A stretch of 28,541 bases of DNA. It comes from an uncultured Desulfurococcaceae archaeon (GTDB lineage: Archaea > Thermoproteota > Thermoprotei_A > Sulfolobales > NBVN01). Both the position numbers and the translations under genes were made by a program. This document shows, one piece after another, positions 26,166 to 28,541 of the stretch. The stretch lies in the NCBI GenBank assembly GCA_964479035.1, contig CAYZJX010000001.1, positions 3,878 to 32,418 of the forward strand, in the 5' to 3' direction. Each line of letters begins with the position of its first letter. Positions within the stretch are counted from its first letter, which is position 1. Below the pieces are notes generated by a model that had not been told where the DNA came from, did not search any database, and saw nothing but the letters and a program-made list of their open reading frames with translations.

Positions 26166-27399
26166 TAGCTCTAAAGTACTTGTAGCTGAGCCTTCTGAGG
26201 TCACTGTTCTCACCTATTATCATGACTGTTATCAATCTAGCTTCAACTGACTTAAGTTTCTTAGCAATAACTCTATCAGATACTCTATCCTCACCATCAG
26301 TAATGATTATTATGTCCGTAGGCCCCTTAACCACACCTTCAGATAAGTCATCGCATGCCGTTACTATGGCTCTAGTTATGTCGGTACCGCCGCCACCACG
26401 TACTCTAGCCAAGTACTTAATTAGGGTAATAATCATGTCGGGCTTCATCCTCTTAGGTACCTTAACTAAAGGATGTGGAAGCCCGTCAAAGAATCTCAAG
26501 TAGAAGTCTCTTCTTTCTCTTCTAGCCCTAAGAAACATTGCTATTGCTGTTGCTTTAGCCCACTTCATTTTCTCTCCTTCCATGCTACCTGACTTATCAA
26601 CAAGTACGTAGAACGGGCCGAACGACTTAGGCAGTACCTTATCATAAAGGAGTATCTTACCCTCTACTAACTTAACTCTAAAGTAGATTTTCGGTAGAAG
26701 AAGCTCGGTAGGGACTACACGCTCTACGTCAGAGCCCACTTCATAGCCTACGAATTCTCCCTTGCTTGACTTACTCACTTTTCTCTTAAACTTACGTGTT
26801 AAGTCTGGTATGAGGGAAATTATGTTCATTAGCTTTCTAACATCAGTATTCCTGGCTAATCTAATTACTTCGTCTCCACTTTCCTCTAAATCAAGTACTG
26901 TACCAGTTCCAGGCTGGGTGCCTTCGGAAATTAATCTTCTCATACTTTTTATTACACCTATATCTTCCTTAACATTCTTGACAGCCCTATCAACAATTTT
27001 ATTAATAATTTCTTCTTCAGTTAATTCGCCACCGCCCTCTCCTCCTCCAGCATACCTCATTTCATTCTGTAGTTCCTCACCAATATAATGAATAAGTGAA
27101 GCTGATATTACAGTGGCAGTAAAGCTATCCGCTATTGTATGTACTTTAACTTTCCTAACTTCAGGATTATCAATTAAGCTCTTAATAATTGCATAATTCA
27201 TCTCCTGACCCACAGGTGTTTGCTCTCTCGGGACAAGTATAGGTACGGGTAGGTAGAGAGTGTAGAAGACATCTATTGATAAATTAATATCTGCGTACTT
27301 AGCTTCGCTACCTATTTTCTTAGCTAATCTTATGATTCTCTCGGCTCTATACCTAACGACAGGATCTTCATATTTAACACCCTTAAGAACTCCGGGCAT
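26122..27399 (-). CDS. VWA-domain protein (ViaA-like partner of the MoxR ATPase)
   Basis: MIDAS motifs DKSGSM, GGGTD and ITDGED. ATG 27399 follows a GGGTGAG SD; the upstream GTG at 27405 overlaps the ATPase stop. Confidence 0.85.
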   Translation of the reverse strand: MPGVLKGVKYEDPVVRYRAERIIRLAKKIGSEAKYADINLSIDVFYTLYLPVPILVPREQTPVGQEMNYAIIKSLIDNPEVRKVKVHTIADSFTATVISASLIHYIGEELQNEMRYAGGGEGGGELTEEEIINKIVDRAVKNVKEDIGVIKSMRRLISEGTQPGTGTVLDLEESGDEVIRLARNTDVRKLMNIISLIPDLTRKFKRKVSKSSKGEFVGYEVGSDVERVVPTELLLPKIYFRVKLVEGKILLYDKVLPKSFGPFYVLVDKSGSMEGEKMKWAKATAIAMFLRARRERRDFYLRFFDGLPHPLVKVPKRMKPDMIITLIKYLARVRGGGGTDITRAIVTACDDLSEGVVKGPTDIIIITDGEDRVSDRVIAKKLKSVEARLITVMIIGENSDLRRLSYKYFRAIKLSQNEILQVVEA

Positions 27400-27401
27400 G
27401 C

Positions 27402-28541
27402 TCACCCTAGCCTCTTCTTTATGCTTTCTATAGCTGTGTTGATTAAATCTAGTACATCATTAGCTACTCGCTCAACTTTAGAGTCATTAGCCTCTAAGAT
27501 TATTCCGAGAACCCTCTCTTTCGTAACATCTAAGTCTCTAAGCATTTGTCTGAACCTCATTTCAATAAACTTAGACTCGATGCCCTGGAGTGAGTTAATG
27601 TAGTTTATTACTTCCTTGATATTAGTCTTAATCTCCTCCAGCTCTCTAATGTAGCGGTATGGGGTCTTCAACTCCTCTGAAAGTATTGTTATAACTTTAT
27701 CAAGTTCATCCCAATCTCTTGGCACAACGTACTTCAGCACGGTTAAATCAGTCTCTTCTGCATGGTTCCTACCATCAATTACCGCATTAGCTGCTATGAG
27801 TTTTAGTGCCTTACTTTTCCTTCTGTCAGTTACGTGTATTCCTCTACCTTCAAAAATCGCAAATAACTTAACCAGTTTAGTCTTAATGGGCTCTAAGTTA
27901 ACGGATAGTACAGCTTCATGAAACTTTCTCAGATCACTCATATCAAGCAGTTTTCTGCCACCTAAGTTACCCTTAAAGTACAGCATACGCTCGATTTCCC
28001 AAGCCTTGCTGAGAAGATCCCTCCAGAGATCCTCCGGAATAGGCTTAACAAAGTGTCTGACGACAAATCTATCGTAGAAAGCTTCTATCTCGGGCTCGTC
28101 AGGAATCTCATTACTTGCGCCAAACAGAGACCACAACGGAACACATAATTCTGTATAGCCGTCATACAGTATTCTTTCCTGAAGCAGGGTATTTAACGCA
28201 TTAAGTATGGCTGAATTAGCCTTAAATATTTCATCTAAGAAGGCTATTTCAGCCTCCGGCAACTTACCGCCAGTTAGTCTGACATATCTACCTTCCTCAA
28301 GAGCCTTAATATCAAGTGGTCCGAAGAGCTCAGCAGGTTCAGTAAACCTCGTTAATAAGTACTTAAAGAACTTAGCATTAAGTAACTCAGCAGCCCTCCT
28401 AACAATAGCAGACTTAGCCGTATTATGGGAAAGAAGACCATTAGAGAAGAATGAGTGGGTTTCAGGTACGTGAAAATCGTATACCCTAACCCACTCATGA
28501 ATGTATTTTATGTTGCTAACTGCATCATATAGTATATTACT
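27402..28541 (-). CDS. MoxR/RavA-family AAA+ ATPase, 5'-truncated, interrupted by an intein in Walker A
   Basis: The frame is open to the window end: ...SHN|TAKSAIVRR..., then LLTRFTEPAELFGP, Walker B FLDEIFKANSAIL, ASNE.P, DRF..R and TDRR. Confidence 0.9.
   Translation of the reverse strand, partial: SNILYDAVSNIKYIHEWVRVYDFHVPETHSFFSNGLLSHNTAKSAIVRRAAELLNAKFFKYLLTRFTEPAELFGPLDIKALEEGRYVRLTGGKLPEAEIAFLDEIFKANSAILNALNTLLQERILYDGYTELCVPLWSLFGASNEIPDEPEIEAFYDRFVVRHFVKPIPEDLWRDLLSKAWEIERMLYFKGNLGGRKLLDMSDLRKFHEAVLSVNLEPIKTKLVKLFAIFEGRGIHVTDRRKSKALKLIAANAVIDGRNHAEETDLTVLKYVVPRDWDELDKVITILSEELKTPYRYIRELEEIKTNIKEVINYINSLQGIESKFIEMRFRQMLRDLDVTKERVLGIILEANDSKVERVANDVLDLINTAIESIKKRLG
28422..28541 (-). 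mobile_element. Intein, C-terminal 40 aa (blocks F/G)
   Basis: SNILYDAVSNIKYIHEWVRVYDFHVPETHSFFSNGLLSHN is followed by Thr as the +1 nucleophile of the TAKS Walker A remainder. It shows the block F pattern VYD..V...H.F..NG and the terminal His-Asn. Confidence 0.93.

Noticed and set aside
821-28473. Numerous 60-115 aa antisense or out-of-frame ORFs nested in larger genes (e.g. 2573-2920, 13892-14158, 18478-18780, 26762-27088, 28207-28473)
   Set aside because: All are shadows of well-supported genes on the opposite strand or frame, with Ser/Leu/Ile-rich composition and no motifs or SD.
1-28541. CRISPR array, transposase, integrase or rRNA
   Set aside because: No regularly spaced direct repeats, recombinase motifs or long GC-rich RNA gene were seen in the window.

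Overview
Archaeal chromosomal window, most consistent with a hyperthermophilic Thermoproteota (Desulfurococcales-like) genome. This is inferred from PolB3-type polymerase, archaeal DnaG, GGTGA-type Shine-Dalgarno sites, frequent GTG/TTG starts and a GC-rich tRNA with a bulge-helix-bulge intron in AT-rich DNA. From left to right: a GtrA domain open at the window edge; a large SF2 helicase (Hrq/YprA/SftH-like) with a degenerate C-terminal exonuclease-like domain; a trkH-trkA-mscS-like cation/osmotic cluster; hypF and a hydrogenase maturation protease; a complete but re-ordered 13-gene Mrp-linked group 4 [NiFe] hydrogenase (Mbh-type) operon; two small genes; dnaG; polB3; an FAD enzyme; DUF296; a KaiC/RAD55-like ATPase with a ferredoxin; an intron-containing tRNA-Ser(GCT); an RbgA-like GTPase; and a VWA + MoxR/RavA AAA ATPase pair. 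Items not in the ORF track or not obvious from it: (1) an intein C-terminus in the Walker A loop of the AAA ATPase; (2) a C/D-box guide sRNA with its own TATA box; (3) a 51-aa twin-CX3C miniprotein; (4) the FAD enzyme carries the motif set of eukaryote-type UDP-galactopyranose mutases; (5) a probable ATA start codon for the KaiC-like gene. No CRISPR array, transposase or integrase was seen. All family assignments come from motif recognition by eye; no database searches were run.
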